Source: Thiohalophilus sp.
Lineage (GTDB): Bacteria; Pseudomonadota; Gammaproteobacteria; UBA6429; Thiohalophilaceae
Direction of reading: 5' to 3'
Assembly (NCBI GenBank): GCA_050116795.1
Contig: JASFNY010000001.1
Span: forward strand, 1 to 35,979
Length of the DNA stretch: 35,979 bases
The first letter of the stretch is position 1. Each line of letters begins with the position of its first letter. A program made the position numbers and the translations under genes. Shown here one piece after another: positions 16,901 through 24,496 of this stretch. The notes beneath the pieces are model-generated. The model had not been told where the DNA came from. It did no database searches and was given only the letters and a program-made list of their open reading frames with translations.

Positions 16901-19161
16901 ACGTCCAGCAATTGTCGATTACCAAGGATGTTAACGTCGTCGGTGGCGGAGCCGCATTGCCTGGTGGTGAGCTGGAATACGTAATACGGGTTACCAACAT
17001 CAGCGGCGTCGCGGCCACCGATGTGACGATCACCGATAACCTGGATTTGCCGGTAGCTAATCAGCTTAACTATGTAGCCGGTTCGGCGATCATGAACGGT
17101 TCGACGGCGGGGATCAGTTTCTCCGATCCGGTGCTCACAGCCGACTATTCGACTCCTTATGGCGATCTGCAGCCGGGTGACACGGTGGTATTACGCTTCC
17201 GTGCCCAGATCGATTCGGCCCTGGCCATCGGTACCACAATTACCAATACCGCCGATGTCAGCTGGGATGCGGGTACCCGGAACGACTCGGCCAGTGTCTC
17301 GGTCGATGTCGGTGGCACACCGGGCGTTGCCAGTCTGAACGGTAATGTCTGGCACGATGCCGATTTTGATCTCACTGCCGACAGTGGTGAACGGTTACTG
17401 GCGAACTGGACGGTAAACCTGTATCGCAACAGCGTGCTGTATGCCTCGACCCAGACAGACAGCAGCGGTCAGTTCCAGTTCAATGGTGTTGCACCAAATG
17501 ATCTCAGTGGCGATAACTACGAACTGCGTTTTACTGCTCCCGGGAGCGGAGCGAATACCGCCTCACTGGGTGAAACCGATTCGCCGTTTACCGATGGCCA
17601 GCAGTCGATTACCAATATCGTGGTCACCTCGGGCAGCAACACTCAGAACCTGAATCTACCCATACAACCCAATGGTGTGGTTTACGATGCGGTGCTGCGT
17701 ACACCGGTGGCCGGAGCCACGCTGGTCATGCTGCGTGCCTCGGACAATCTGCAACTGCCGGACAGCTGCTTTGATGATACGGCACAGCAGGGACAGGTCA
17801 GTACCGCGAATGGTTACTACAAGTTTGCCCTTAACTTTACTCAACCGGAATGTAATGCCGGCGACGACTATCTCATTCAGATTACACCGCCAGCCAGCGG
17901 TTATACCGCCGCACCTTCTGTACTGGTTCCACCGACGACCAGCGCGGCCACAGCGGCATTTGATGTGCCGTCCTGTCCGGGAACTGCCAGTGATGCGATA
18001 ACCGCCACTACCAACCATTGTGAAGCACAAATCTCTGAGCTGCCGCCGGCGACATCCATTGCGGCAGGACCGGGTACTCGCTATCACCTGAACCTGACCC
18101 TGAATGACACGCTGGTGCCGGGTCACAGCGAAATGTTCAACAATCATATACCACTGGATCCGGAACTGGGTTCAGCCGTCTCACTGTCAAAAGTTGCTGC
18201 CAAGGTCAATGTGACCCGTAGTGATCTGGTGCCCTACACCATCAGGTTGAATAACACGCTGAGTGCACCACTGGCAGCGTTGGATGTAATCGATACCTTC
18301 CCGGCCGGTTTCAAATACGTGAAAAATTCCGCGCGGGTCAATGATACCCCGATGGAACCGGCTATCAACGGACAACAGCTAACCTGGTCCGACATGGTTG
18401 TTGCACCGAATTCCAGCCTAACGATCAAATTACTGTTGATCGTCGGTTCCGGGGTCAACGAAGGGGAATACATTAACCGGGCACGGGTGCTGAACAATAT
18501 CACCGGTGATTATGTCTCCGGGGAAGCCAGTGCCACGGTACGTGTGGTACCTGATCCCACCTTCGATTGTTCAGACATCATCGGCAAGGTCTTTGATGAT
18601 CAGAACCTGAATGGTTACCAGGACGAGGGCGAGCCTGGCTTACCTGGTGCACGTGTCTATACCGCCCGTGGCCTGGAAATTACCGCCGATGAATACGGCC
18701 GGTTCCATGTCACCTGTGCCATCACGCCGAATCAGGATCGCGGTTCCAACTTCATCATGAAACTGGACGAGCGCAGTCTCCCGACCGGTTATCGCGTCAC
18801 CACCGAAAACCCACGAGTGCAGCGCGTTACTCGAGGCAAGATCGTCAAATTCAATTTCGGTGCCACGATTCATCGGGTGGTCAAGCTGGACATGGCCGAT
18901 GCGGTCTTCGAACCCGGTTCAGCCAAAATGCGTCCGCAATGGATACCGCGGCTGGATCTGCTGGTTGGGCAACTCAGGAAAGCGGCATCAGTCCTGCGTT
19001 TGTCCTATCTGGCCGAGAATGAAGATGATGGCCTGGTCGAAGATCGACTCGATGCCGTCAAACAGATGGTCGAGGAACGCTGGGAGGAACCCTACAAGTT
19101 ACGTATTGAGACCGAAGTGTTCTGGCGCGGCGGCGGACCGGATGAGCGGGGTGATCTGTGA
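7984..19161 (+). CDS. Giant exported repeat protein, putative fibrillar adhesin (DUF11/isopeptide-type Ig-like repeats, SdrD B-like domains, degenerate OmpA-like C-terminus)
   Basis: 3725-aa uninterrupted ORF (start TTG 7984 or ATG 7990) with Sec signal ending ASA|EAC. About 16 repeats of pattern K...GDxxxYxIxxxNxG...A...DxLP...N[TQ]A. SdrD B-like starts NGNVWHDADFD and IGKVFDDQNLNGYQDEGE. D/T/N/G-rich and acidic. Confidence 0.85.
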   Translation: MSMYRIGKNVQAPRALVYLVLSVLGLLFSIETASAEACPNPNDISINHQPQSYCELCGVGEVTLRVEYGRNFNPEITNLAITEDFQASGLEPIPGTTTFNTRFGAAPLSTDPTQTAPGEWTWDLGGFWLDPAGNNSGNRQYLDITFQVRRSNSQDEEGLYFDSKSVQATLAYTTDTDTCSDETDSHTLDMNAPNPNITKLGRNVDASQGGYTNPVYGHNNDDIIWRIQISNSGLADMQDLMFTDLMQDGNFEINYACPSEGEALSIANANGAGPVGGCIAAGNSTLSDWEVTNPFGDAGTTNYPNGGSVNGFSRNLNGWEVDVAAGGSTFIYLVGKVTADGSCTSGGRTNTANQLEFGCEVDANGVGGIPNASSSSAVLRTYVGDVNAQLTINRQLTGINPGQPVGSRGYVTLTITNNTGGTVKDIYLDDVLPPEYVVDPTYWSSGLTKTLPVRGTPVVGESSIDPLYGSYDGMIDRLTWENPQGSLSSPSQDPLQNTGPQFRLWSSTSYSDNGETYEHLLRHGDEITVTFPIVLISQDRSVVEPYDLAANLDVTPEVTGDGTDPAYTSSLSNSLTIDYNTLCNTQGAQQLTFNENFAAFPEDLDVAINGTTFILTNDPNQQLTLPVTLTNNGGHEARNYHLYVTFGTTMDVVSAPAGCSVVNSPNSTPSSPDEWQPIPRQVWVKDQVTPIAIPSTATVYECTSPTVISPNQSVNYNFNVIKTSDAGRIAVDDLTFRADVIGEILLDDGTPLWFPTPVTRADGLTDPSNNYSLDAVWARVIGFNLKKSQVGECSENPPASFDGSGFEQVEIGEECTYLIETGGWFGFETPGYAYIAVQNIDVVDEIPDGQAYISNTDPYAASTSLIGINNDLSRNPADLTAPDERWFDWRFNTADANRIEIADEWFIVNTTTRLLNKPVDTRAVPNVHSADSFNVLNSTFDATFSNLNTGAVETYTLGPSTVGYPNEPIRRVDLRITEPNLLVDKQVCNETLYGSGTGCSNFVDLADDGDTQDSYIYRITLTNQASSAGYTRAPAYDIVSSDVLDSSDMVYVVPFASDGLDNDGDGLIDGADSDGEGGISDNVVENGTPPVITYSHTHSSALLKLEPGSSVTFYYRVDPDDSVAPLQTLTNTVSATYDSLAGDSGNQTVAPGATGTLGGARFYTSADASAAVQILPLQTQPKTILQLSNTPLGGTPQSVSIGEEVEYELRAFIPVANLRNFVIRDELPAGIRCSEAPVVNLDAAPYSAAGFSPGGQITPTCTGNLVEWNFGDQELTAAPSTSLFEFPVTFIARVENIAANIDGQVISNGDPATVARLSYVNDAGSTVTLNFGQVDLEVREPEISLIKSFAVANSDAGDVLTVTVRAINGGTASAYNLQVMDDLVGTNLTYLGNLSGTDPPDVVDTTTLGPDQPIFKWNPTNPDYQIPVGGVRTFTFDVRVDTAAQPHEILNNTAQASWTSLPLQTTALNSSGTIGADGSADGMRNGVLPNNPLDTLNDYETEASAQTEVLPLTMNKTDLDPGLVPAVGARKHFQIEISLPEGTTQNLVATDNLNFGALSYVLENNASYDVSYTFQDIASINGQSPSEGALTAFPADGATGNISWDIGTVVTSTEDDLTVNTVNPVIRVDYYARINNDAATNAGDGLQNQATVNYSNGETAVTETLIDTTPAVSVVEPLLNINKTVVNVSNPGNPPIAGDILRYSLNITASSGASYSDALDVSINDDLSLGLAYSGNSTVNGAGNTINDPVTSGDGITTAQSMRWSLADANADIDVSEGSTVTVTYDVVVLDNVLPGQQLTNSASIQWTSLDGADAAERDGTASPAYNDYFTGPVTAILNAPDLNTISKARLTDTFGSGDANVRIGDIVDYELRLTLQEGTSGNVLVSDSLPQGLAFEGLVSINGDSSAPFTSVSPFTHTAINNATVSGDPAIGPTTVTIDIGDIVNAGDGNPANNDFIIVYRARVLDNVFAQVNSTTLTNAVTFQYDNISGTQTRSSSQAITLLQPNLSVSKSASAAGGDTVIEANELVTYTVDISNSGTAPAYDLMLQDIIPVGMRNGTATITMVSTTIGGTPVANPVPIYDATTGIVNWNLDTGVADSYTIPAGQTLSLVYQVQADPDIGAGLTLTNQAQGLSYYSFDDEAAPTAGSVSGVREIYGPTNTASTTLTTDAPGAPLKENPASTDVTIGETFSYRITIPASPHPTALHDVRILDNLPAGSGDADLGFVSVSKVSGSLSWTPVNTGTATSLVIEDTTDGIDIPAGEQIVIDVAVIVNDSSDNVAGVLFNNTASYTYNQLDDTPATQQPGGSSTTADMRIVEPQLVMQKSGPGQMQLGVPETFTLDLQNTGNSTAWDITVTDLLPNPSPGGMCDTPPANITAQVFEADGSTAVSGVLVEGTDYVSSFTGDPTCSLTLTMQTADAAVAPTQRLIITYEAELDLDNPQAQPLTNIAGATEWFSLDTAGAGATGQIRTYSRALTDGSLLHEDAHTVTSELPELSIQKTVDNVTSSQSPASTAQPGDTLSYTVTITNISDVPVTDFTLRDELDRLNTTQSKFAAGTLNIITLPSGTDVSDSNGGTNGTGLLEIQNLNLDAQGGANDSLTFVYEVTLAPVLTNGSQVLNQAQVIILDSLTLDSDDPNIGGAEDPTAVTINSAPAFEVWKTSQDLTDDPATLEAGDRLRYTITVKNTGTEDAVNVTLRDQIPGNTSYDPGSTTLNGSPVGDPSNGVSALESGMLINAPENTTAGYLRADSSATTSNVSTITFDVIVDTNAVDGTVISNQGFVNGQGQGSGSFPEQPSDDPSTALVDDPTIDVVGSVPLVDSQKIVSIVIDNDGDGIVDPGDRLQYTIITTNFGALPATGVVLTDAIPADTTYVPNSTTLNTLAVPDPAAGVSALESGLDISSSDLTPPLPTAGNGTLSPGQAATVTFEVDVTGGVLISNQGTVSNNELPDEPTDQDGIDSNGDQPTIIGVGNVQQLSITKDVNVVGGGAALPGGELEYVIRVTNISGVAATDVTITDNLDLPVANQLNYVAGSAIMNGSTAGISFSDPVLTADYSTPYGDLQPGDTVVLRFRAQIDSALAIGTTITNTADVSWDAGTRNDSASVSVDVGGTPGVASLNGNVWHDADFDLTADSGERLLANWTVNLYRNSVLYASTQTDSSGQFQFNGVAPNDLSGDNYELRFTAPGSGANTASLGETDSPFTDGQQSITNIVVTSGSNTQNLNLPIQPNGVVYDAVLRTPVAGATLVMLRASDNLQLPDSCFDDTAQQGQVSTANGYYKFALNFTQPECNAGDDYLIQITPPASGYTAAPSVLVPPTTSAATAAFDVPSCPGTASDAITATTNHCEAQISELPPATSIAAGPGTRYHLNLTLNDTLVPGHSEMFNNHIPLDPELGSAVSLSKVAAKVNVTRSDLVPYTIRLNNTLSAPLAALDVIDTFPAGFKYVKNSARVNDTPMEPAINGQQLTWSDMVVAPNSSLTIKLLLIVGSGVNEGEYINRARVLNNITGDYVSGEASATVRVVPDPTFDCSDIIGKVFDDQNLNGYQDEGEPGLPGARVYTARGLEITADEYGRFHVTCAITPNQDRGSNFIMKLDERSLPTGYRVTTENPRVQRVTRGKIVKFNFGATIHRVVKLDMADAVFEPGSAKMRPQWIPRLDLLVGQLRKAASVLRLSYLAENEDDGLVEDRLDAVKQMVEERWEEPYKLRIETEVFWRGGGPDERGDL
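16162..16676 (+). repeat. 20-bp exact direct repeat marking a tandem domain duplication in the adhesin gene
   Basis: GTGTCGGCACTGGAAAGCGG at 16162-16181 and 16657-16676 (495 nt apart, 165 aa). Both copies encode STTLN...V.DP..GVSALESG. Confidence 0.8.
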
Positions 19162-22100
19162 TGATTGCTCATCTGCTCATGCTCAAATATGCCACCTATA
19201 CGGGCAACTTGAGGCGACAGCTTGGCCTGACGCTGTTGCTGTGCCTTTTATCTCTGCCGTTGTTCGCAGCGGAAGAACCGGCTGGAGAAGATAGTACGCA
19301 AGACGCTACCGTGACCGAAGTAACAAAGGATGTGATCGGCGAGAATACCGAACAGCACCTGCCGCCGGATGAGGTGTTTATTCCCTGGGTGCAGGATGAT
19401 AGTCAGTACAAGCAGGAAGAAGAGGACCAGGTCGAGATCGAGAAGAGTCTGGAGAAGGTCTACACCACCAAAAAACTGAAAAACGTGGTGCCACCGATCC
19501 GCTTCCAGTCCGGCGTTGCGGAAATACCGGAACGGTTTGTGGTGTTGTTACGCGAAGTACTCGAAAAAATGAAAGATCGTACCAATGTACGACTGCATTT
19601 TATCGGCCATACTGACAACGTACCTCTCAGCGGCAGTGTCGCCGAGCAATATGGCGACAACTTCGGGCTGTCCCGTGCACGGGCCGAGATGGCCGCGCTG
19701 TTCTTCCAGCGCGAGTTAAACCTGCCCCCCGAAGCCATCTCCTATGATGGTGCCGGTGCAACCCGGCCGATAGCCAGTAATGACACCGCTGCCGGCAAGG
19801 CACGCAATCGCCGGGTTGAGGTACAGGTCTGGTATGACGAGGTGAGTGAGAAGGTCGTCGAAAAAGAGATCGAGAAAACCCCGGACAACAAGCGGGTCAA
19901 GATCTGCCGCATGGAGACGGTGTGCAAGATTAGTTACAAGCAGGGATACAGTAAACGAATACGCCTGAAGAACCTGGTACCGCCATTACGCCTGCAGCAA
20001 GGTCAGATCGAATTACCGGAGCGATTTATCGGCGATCTGCGTGAGACCCTGAATAACCTGCGGGACAAGAAGAATGTCATGATCCGGTTTATCGGGCATA
20101 CCGATAACCTGCCGTTGGCCGATCGCGCAGCACGGATCTACGGGGACCATATGGCGCTGTCCAAGGCCAATGCCCGTCGTGTCGCCCTGGTGGTTCAGGA
20201 AAAACTGGGGCTACCCAACCGGGCGGTAAGCAGTGACGGTAAAGGCAGCTCGGTACCGATTGCCAGTAATGATTCGATTAACGGTCGGGCACTGAATCGC
20301 CGAATCGAGGTCGAGTTCTGGTACGACGATCCGCTGGAAGTCATGAATGACGAGATCCAGTCCTGTCCGGACTCCGCCGCCGCTGAAACCGTCACCCGGA
20401 TATATCAGCCGCCTACCGGCCCGATCGAACCGATCTATTTCAAAGACGGAGATCCGCAGATACCGCTCGGTTATACATCGCGACTGCAGCGCCTGATGGA
20501 GCAGATCGAGGAAAAATCCAACGTCAGATTACGGTTCATCGGTTACACCAGTAATGAACGCCTGGAACGGCGTACCGCGATGTTATACGGCGATGACATC
20601 GGCCTGTCCACGGCGCGTGCTCGCAGGGTCAAGGATGAGATCAAGAAAGAACTCTCCCTGAGCGAGAAACAGGTCGAGTTCGAGGGACGCGGCTATGTGC
20701 AGACTGACGAGGTCATTGCGCGCCAGTTTGCAGACGATGACGAATCGAGGGTGGTCGTCCAGATTGTCTATGATGCTCTGGCCATGCTGGATGAAGACGA
20801 GGGAATGGATATCACCCGGATTACCCGCGAGATCGAGCCCAGCAACCCGTATGCCCTGAACCTGATGCGGATTACCGTCGATGGCGAGCCCCTGCATGAT
20901 CCGAATCGCAGCAGTGCTGACATTCAGCGTTGCACCGATGTGGCATTGGAGAAAACCGATATTGAATTCCGCTTCGATAATCTCAAGCTGAAACCGCGAT
21001 TGAATGTCACTGCCTGGCCACGCACCATCAGTTATCTCAACGATCCTGCCACCAGCCTGGAAGACAACCGGACACATTTCCGCGCCTATACCAACTACGC
21101 TGCTTTCATCGACAAAATGGAAGTCCGCCTGTTTAACAAGGGGCAGTCAACACGTGATACCCCGCTCGAAGTGATCGAGCTGAACAAGGATGGCTATGCC
21201 GAATGGCAGCCGCGTCTGGTCGAATTCAATGCGCCCGTGATGGAACTGCAGTATGTCTTGCGCGTCTATGATGCCGAAGGCCGGTTTGATGAGACCGAAC
21301 CCCAGCAGCTGTGGATCGTCGATCAACTGGAAGATGCCGATCAGATGCTGAATATCGATCAGGAATTACTGGTCGGGTATGGGGAAAATCATCTGGCATT
21401 GCAGAACATCCCATTGGAAGGTGGCACGGTGCGGGTCAACGGTGAAAATGTGCCTGCCGATCATACGGTATGGCTGGCCGGTCGTCCGGTGCCGGTCAGT
21501 GACGACAAGGAGTTCGTCAGTGAAGAGATCCTGCCGTCGGGCCTGCATAGCGTGGAAGTGGCAGTAGTCGATCAACAGGGTAACGGGGAACTGTTCCTGC
21601 GCGATCTGGAAATGGACAACGATGACTGGTTCTATGTCGGCATGGCCGATGTCGTGGTCAGCAAGGACAACACCAACGGCCCGGCCAAACTGGTGACCGG
21701 CGATACCACGCACTATGACAATGACCTGACTGTAGACGGGCAACTGGCGTTTTTCGTCAACGGCAAGTTCGGGGACAACTGGCAGTTGACCACCAGTGCC
21801 GATACCCGTGAGGGACCGTTGAACGAAATCTTCAGCAACTTCACCGAGAAGTCGCCCGATTCTATTTTCCGCAGACTGGATCCCGATTACTACTATCCGA
21901 CCTTTGGCGATGACAGCAGCGTTGAGGAACTGGCACCGACCCTGGGCAAATTCTACGTCAAGCTGAAGAAGGACGAGGATTACGGTCTGTGGGGCAATTT
22001 CGATATCAATTACCTGGACACTGATCTGGCCCAGGTTGACCGGACCCTGTATGGCGGCAACCTGCACCTGGAAGATGATGAAACCACCAGCTTTGGTGAG

Positions 22101-24308
22101 AAACGTTATTTGCTGGATGGCTTTGCCGCCGATCCGGGTTCAGTGGCAGCGCGGGATGAGTTGCGCGGTACCGGCGGTTCCCTGTATTTCCTCAAGCATC
22201 AGGATATTCTCATCGGATCCGACAAGCTGCGGATCGAGGTGAGAGACAAGGATTCCGGCATTGTTATCGGTGTGAAGGAGCTGGTTCCGGGGATCGATTA
22301 TGACATCGATTATATCCAGGGCCGGGTTGTGTTAAGCAACGCTCTGTCCTCCACCTCGGATGACAACCTGCTGGTAGAGGATGTTGCGGGCAGTGGACAC
22401 CCGGCCTATCTGGTGGCCCGTTACGAATACACTCCGGGCTTCGAGAAACTGGACCAGGTGGCCACCGGCGGACGTATCCATTACTGGTTCGGTGATCATG
22501 TCAAACTCGGCCTGACCAACAGTAACCAGGGTGAACCCGGCAGCGAAAGCAAAGTGAACGGGGTAGACCTGACCCTGCGTAAAAACAGTGGGACCTGGTT
22601 GAAGATGGAAATGGCCTCAAGCGAAGGGGCGGGTACCGGACTACAGAGTTCCCTGGATGGCGGCTTCAGTTACGATCCACTGGATCTTTCCACCGGTGAA
22701 ACTGTTTCGGCCGATGCCAGCCGCGTGGAAGCCGGTATCAAACTGGATGATCTGTTCGATGGCGCCAACGGCACCGCCACCCTTTATACCCAGCACCGTG
22801 ACGCCGGATTCTCGGCACCGGGGCAGCTGACCAATACCGATGTTGACCAGGTCGGTGGTTCATTAAGTATGCCGATCAACGAATCCCTGCAGCTGGATAT
22901 CAAGGCAGACAGGAAAGACCAGAAACAGGATCTGCAGACTTCGGCCCTGGATGTCAGTGTCGGTTATCAATTGAATGACAACTGGCAACTCACTACCGGC
23001 GGCCGACATGATTCACGCAAGGATGAGTCGCCCGTGGTTCCGACCACCCAGACAGAAGGTCAGCGGACCGATATTGCTTTCAAGGCGGAATACAACTCCA
23101 GGGAGGACTGGACGGCCTATGGCTTTACCCAGTTTACCGCCAATACCACCGAAAGCCGGGAACAGAATGATCGGGTCGGAATAGGCGGCAGTTACCGTGC
23201 TACCAATCGCTTTACCGTGGATGGTGAGATTTCCGAGGGGGATACCGGGACCGGCGCCAGGGTTGGCTCGCAATATCTGTTATCCGATCGCAGCAATATA
23301 TATCTCAATTATGCCCTGGAGAACGAACGCACCGACAATGGAATACGTTCACGCAAGGGTAATCTGACTTCCGGTTTCCGTACCCGGTATTCCGATTCGG
23401 CCAGCGTCTATGCGGAAGAGCGTTATACCCATGGCGATGAGCCGGTCGGCCTGACACACTCGCTGGGCATGGACCTGGCGCCCAGCGATCGCTGGAACTT
23501 TGGGGTCAATCTGGATGCCGGTTCGCTGGAAGATCGCAATGCCGGCACCACGATTGATCGTACCGCCCTTGGCTTTACCGTCGGTTACGGTTTCGAAAGC
23601 ATGAAATATGCCGGCGCCGCCGAGTACCGGATTGATGAAACCGGCTACCCGGATGATACTGTCAGTGAACGGACCACCTGGCTGGTGAAAAACAGCCTCA
23701 AATATCAAATCAACCCGGACTGGCGCCTGATCGCCAAGTACAATCATTCCGATAGTCAAAGTTCGCAGAGCGAATTTTATGACGGCAAGTTCACCGAGGC
23801 GGTTCTGGGATACGGCTACAGACCGACCACCAATGATCGCTGGAACACGCTGTTCAAATATACCTATTTCTACAATGTACCGGCGGCGGATCAGGTTACT
23901 CTGACCAACACCGCTGCGGAATATATACAGAAGAGCCATATTCTGTCGGTCGATACCACCTATGATCTGACTAAACGCTGGAGTATCGGTGCCAAGTACG
24001 CGCACCGCCTGGGGCAAATCAGCCAGGATCGTGAGAATCCCGAATTCTTCGACAGCGAGGCCAGGCTGTATATCCTGCGTGCCGACTGGCACTTCGTTAA
24101 CCGCTGGGATTTACTGATGGAGGCCCGAATGCTTGATCTTCCCGATGCACAGGATCGTCGTAGCGGGGCACTGGTCGGCGTCTACCGGCATATTGGCGAT
24201 AATTTCAAATTTGGTGTGGGATATAACTATACCGATTTCTCCGATGACCTCACCGATCTCGATTATGATAGCCAGGGCGTCTTCATCAATCTGATTGGAA
24301 AAATGTAG
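19158..24308 (+). CDS. Multi-OmpA-domain outer-membrane protein with a large C-terminal beta-barrel region
   Basis: GTG/ATG start overlaps the adhesin stop; signal peptide ends LFA|AEE. OmpA_C motifs GHTD..LSRARA..RPIASN..RNRRVEV and GHTD..LSKANA..LNRRIEV, plus a degenerate third (GYTS..LSTARA). From ~21620 on, alternating aromatic/Gly beta-strands end in GVFINLIGKM. Confidence 0.85.
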   Translation: MMIAHLLMLKYATYTGNLRRQLGLTLLLCLLSLPLFAAEEPAGEDSTQDATVTEVTKDVIGENTEQHLPPDEVFIPWVQDDSQYKQEEEDQVEIEKSLEKVYTTKKLKNVVPPIRFQSGVAEIPERFVVLLREVLEKMKDRTNVRLHFIGHTDNVPLSGSVAEQYGDNFGLSRARAEMAALFFQRELNLPPEAISYDGAGATRPIASNDTAAGKARNRRVEVQVWYDEVSEKVVEKEIEKTPDNKRVKICRMETVCKISYKQGYSKRIRLKNLVPPLRLQQGQIELPERFIGDLRETLNNLRDKKNVMIRFIGHTDNLPLADRAARIYGDHMALSKANARRVALVVQEKLGLPNRAVSSDGKGSSVPIASNDSINGRALNRRIEVEFWYDDPLEVMNDEIQSCPDSAAAETVTRIYQPPTGPIEPIYFKDGDPQIPLGYTSRLQRLMEQIEEKSNVRLRFIGYTSNERLERRTAMLYGDDIGLSTARARRVKDEIKKELSLSEKQVEFEGRGYVQTDEVIARQFADDDESRVVVQIVYDALAMLDEDEGMDITRITREIEPSNPYALNLMRITVDGEPLHDPNRSSADIQRCTDVALEKTDIEFRFDNLKLKPRLNVTAWPRTISYLNDPATSLEDNRTHFRAYTNYAAFIDKMEVRLFNKGQSTRDTPLEVIELNKDGYAEWQPRLVEFNAPVMELQYVLRVYDAEGRFDETEPQQLWIVDQLEDADQMLNIDQELLVGYGENHLALQNIPLEGGTVRVNGENVPADHTVWLAGRPVPVSDDKEFVSEEILPSGLHSVEVAVVDQQGNGELFLRDLEMDNDDWFYVGMADVVVSKDNTNGPAKLVTGDTTHYDNDLTVDGQLAFFVNGKFGDNWQLTTSADTREGPLNEIFSNFTEKSPDSIFRRLDPDYYYPTFGDDSSVEELAPTLGKFYVKLKKDEDYGLWGNFDINYLDTDLAQVDRTLYGGNLHLEDDETTSFGEKRYLLDGFAADPGSVAARDELRGTGGSLYFLKHQDILIGSDKLRIEVRDKDSGIVIGVKELVPGIDYDIDYIQGRVVLSNALSSTSDDNLLVEDVAGSGHPAYLVARYEYTPGFEKLDQVATGGRIHYWFGDHVKLGLTNSNQGEPGSESKVNGVDLTLRKNSGTWLKMEMASSEGAGTGLQSSLDGGFSYDPLDLSTGETVSADASRVEAGIKLDDLFDGANGTATLYTQHRDAGFSAPGQLTNTDVDQVGGSLSMPINESLQLDIKADRKDQKQDLQTSALDVSVGYQLNDNWQLTTGGRHDSRKDESPVVPTTQTEGQRTDIAFKAEYNSREDWTAYGFTQFTANTTESREQNDRVGIGGSYRATNRFTVDGEISEGDTGTGARVGSQYLLSDRSNIYLNYALENERTDNGIRSRKGNLTSGFRTRYSDSASVYAEERYTHGDEPVGLTHSLGMDLAPSDRWNFGVNLDAGSLEDRNAGTTIDRTALGFTVGYGFESMKYAGAAEYRIDETGYPDDTVSERTTWLVKNSLKYQINPDWRLIAKYNHSDSQSSQSEFYDGKFTEAVLGYGYRPTTNDRWNTLFKYTYFYNVPAADQVTLTNTAAEYIQKSHILSVDTTYDLTKRWSIGAKYAHRLGQISQDRENPEFFDSEARLYILRADWHFVNRWDLLMEARMLDLPDAQDRRSGALVGVYRHIGDNFKFGVGYNYTDFSDDLTDLDYDSQGVFINLIGKM

Positions 24309-24466
24309 CAGAGCCAGCAGATACAACGCCCGCGATCACAGGCGGCCGGGTTTACGTCAGTGAAAGTGAATATCGTAAAAAAGCAATAAAAAACAAAGCA
24401 TTATCATCTTTCAGGCACTCTGGCGTATCTGGTTGCGACGCTATTCCCGTTCCCTCACCAGCCGCT

Positions 24467-24496
24467 GTCCGCACAGGATTTTGCGGGTCTTTTTTT
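24467..24496 (+). terminator. Probable Rho-independent terminator after the adhesin/barrel operon
   Basis: Stem CCGCA (24469-24473) / TGCGG (24482-24486), extendable by G-U pairs, followed by a T7 tract (24490-24496). Confidence 0.55.

Noticed and set aside
7984-19161. RTX/T1SS adhesin or autotransporter
   Set aside because: It has a Sec signal, no GGxGxD nonapeptide array, no adjacent ABC transporter or MFP, and no C-terminal barrel.
24421-24436. Sigma54-like TGGCGT...TTGC
   Set aside because: GG-to-GC spacing is 11 nt instead of the required 10.
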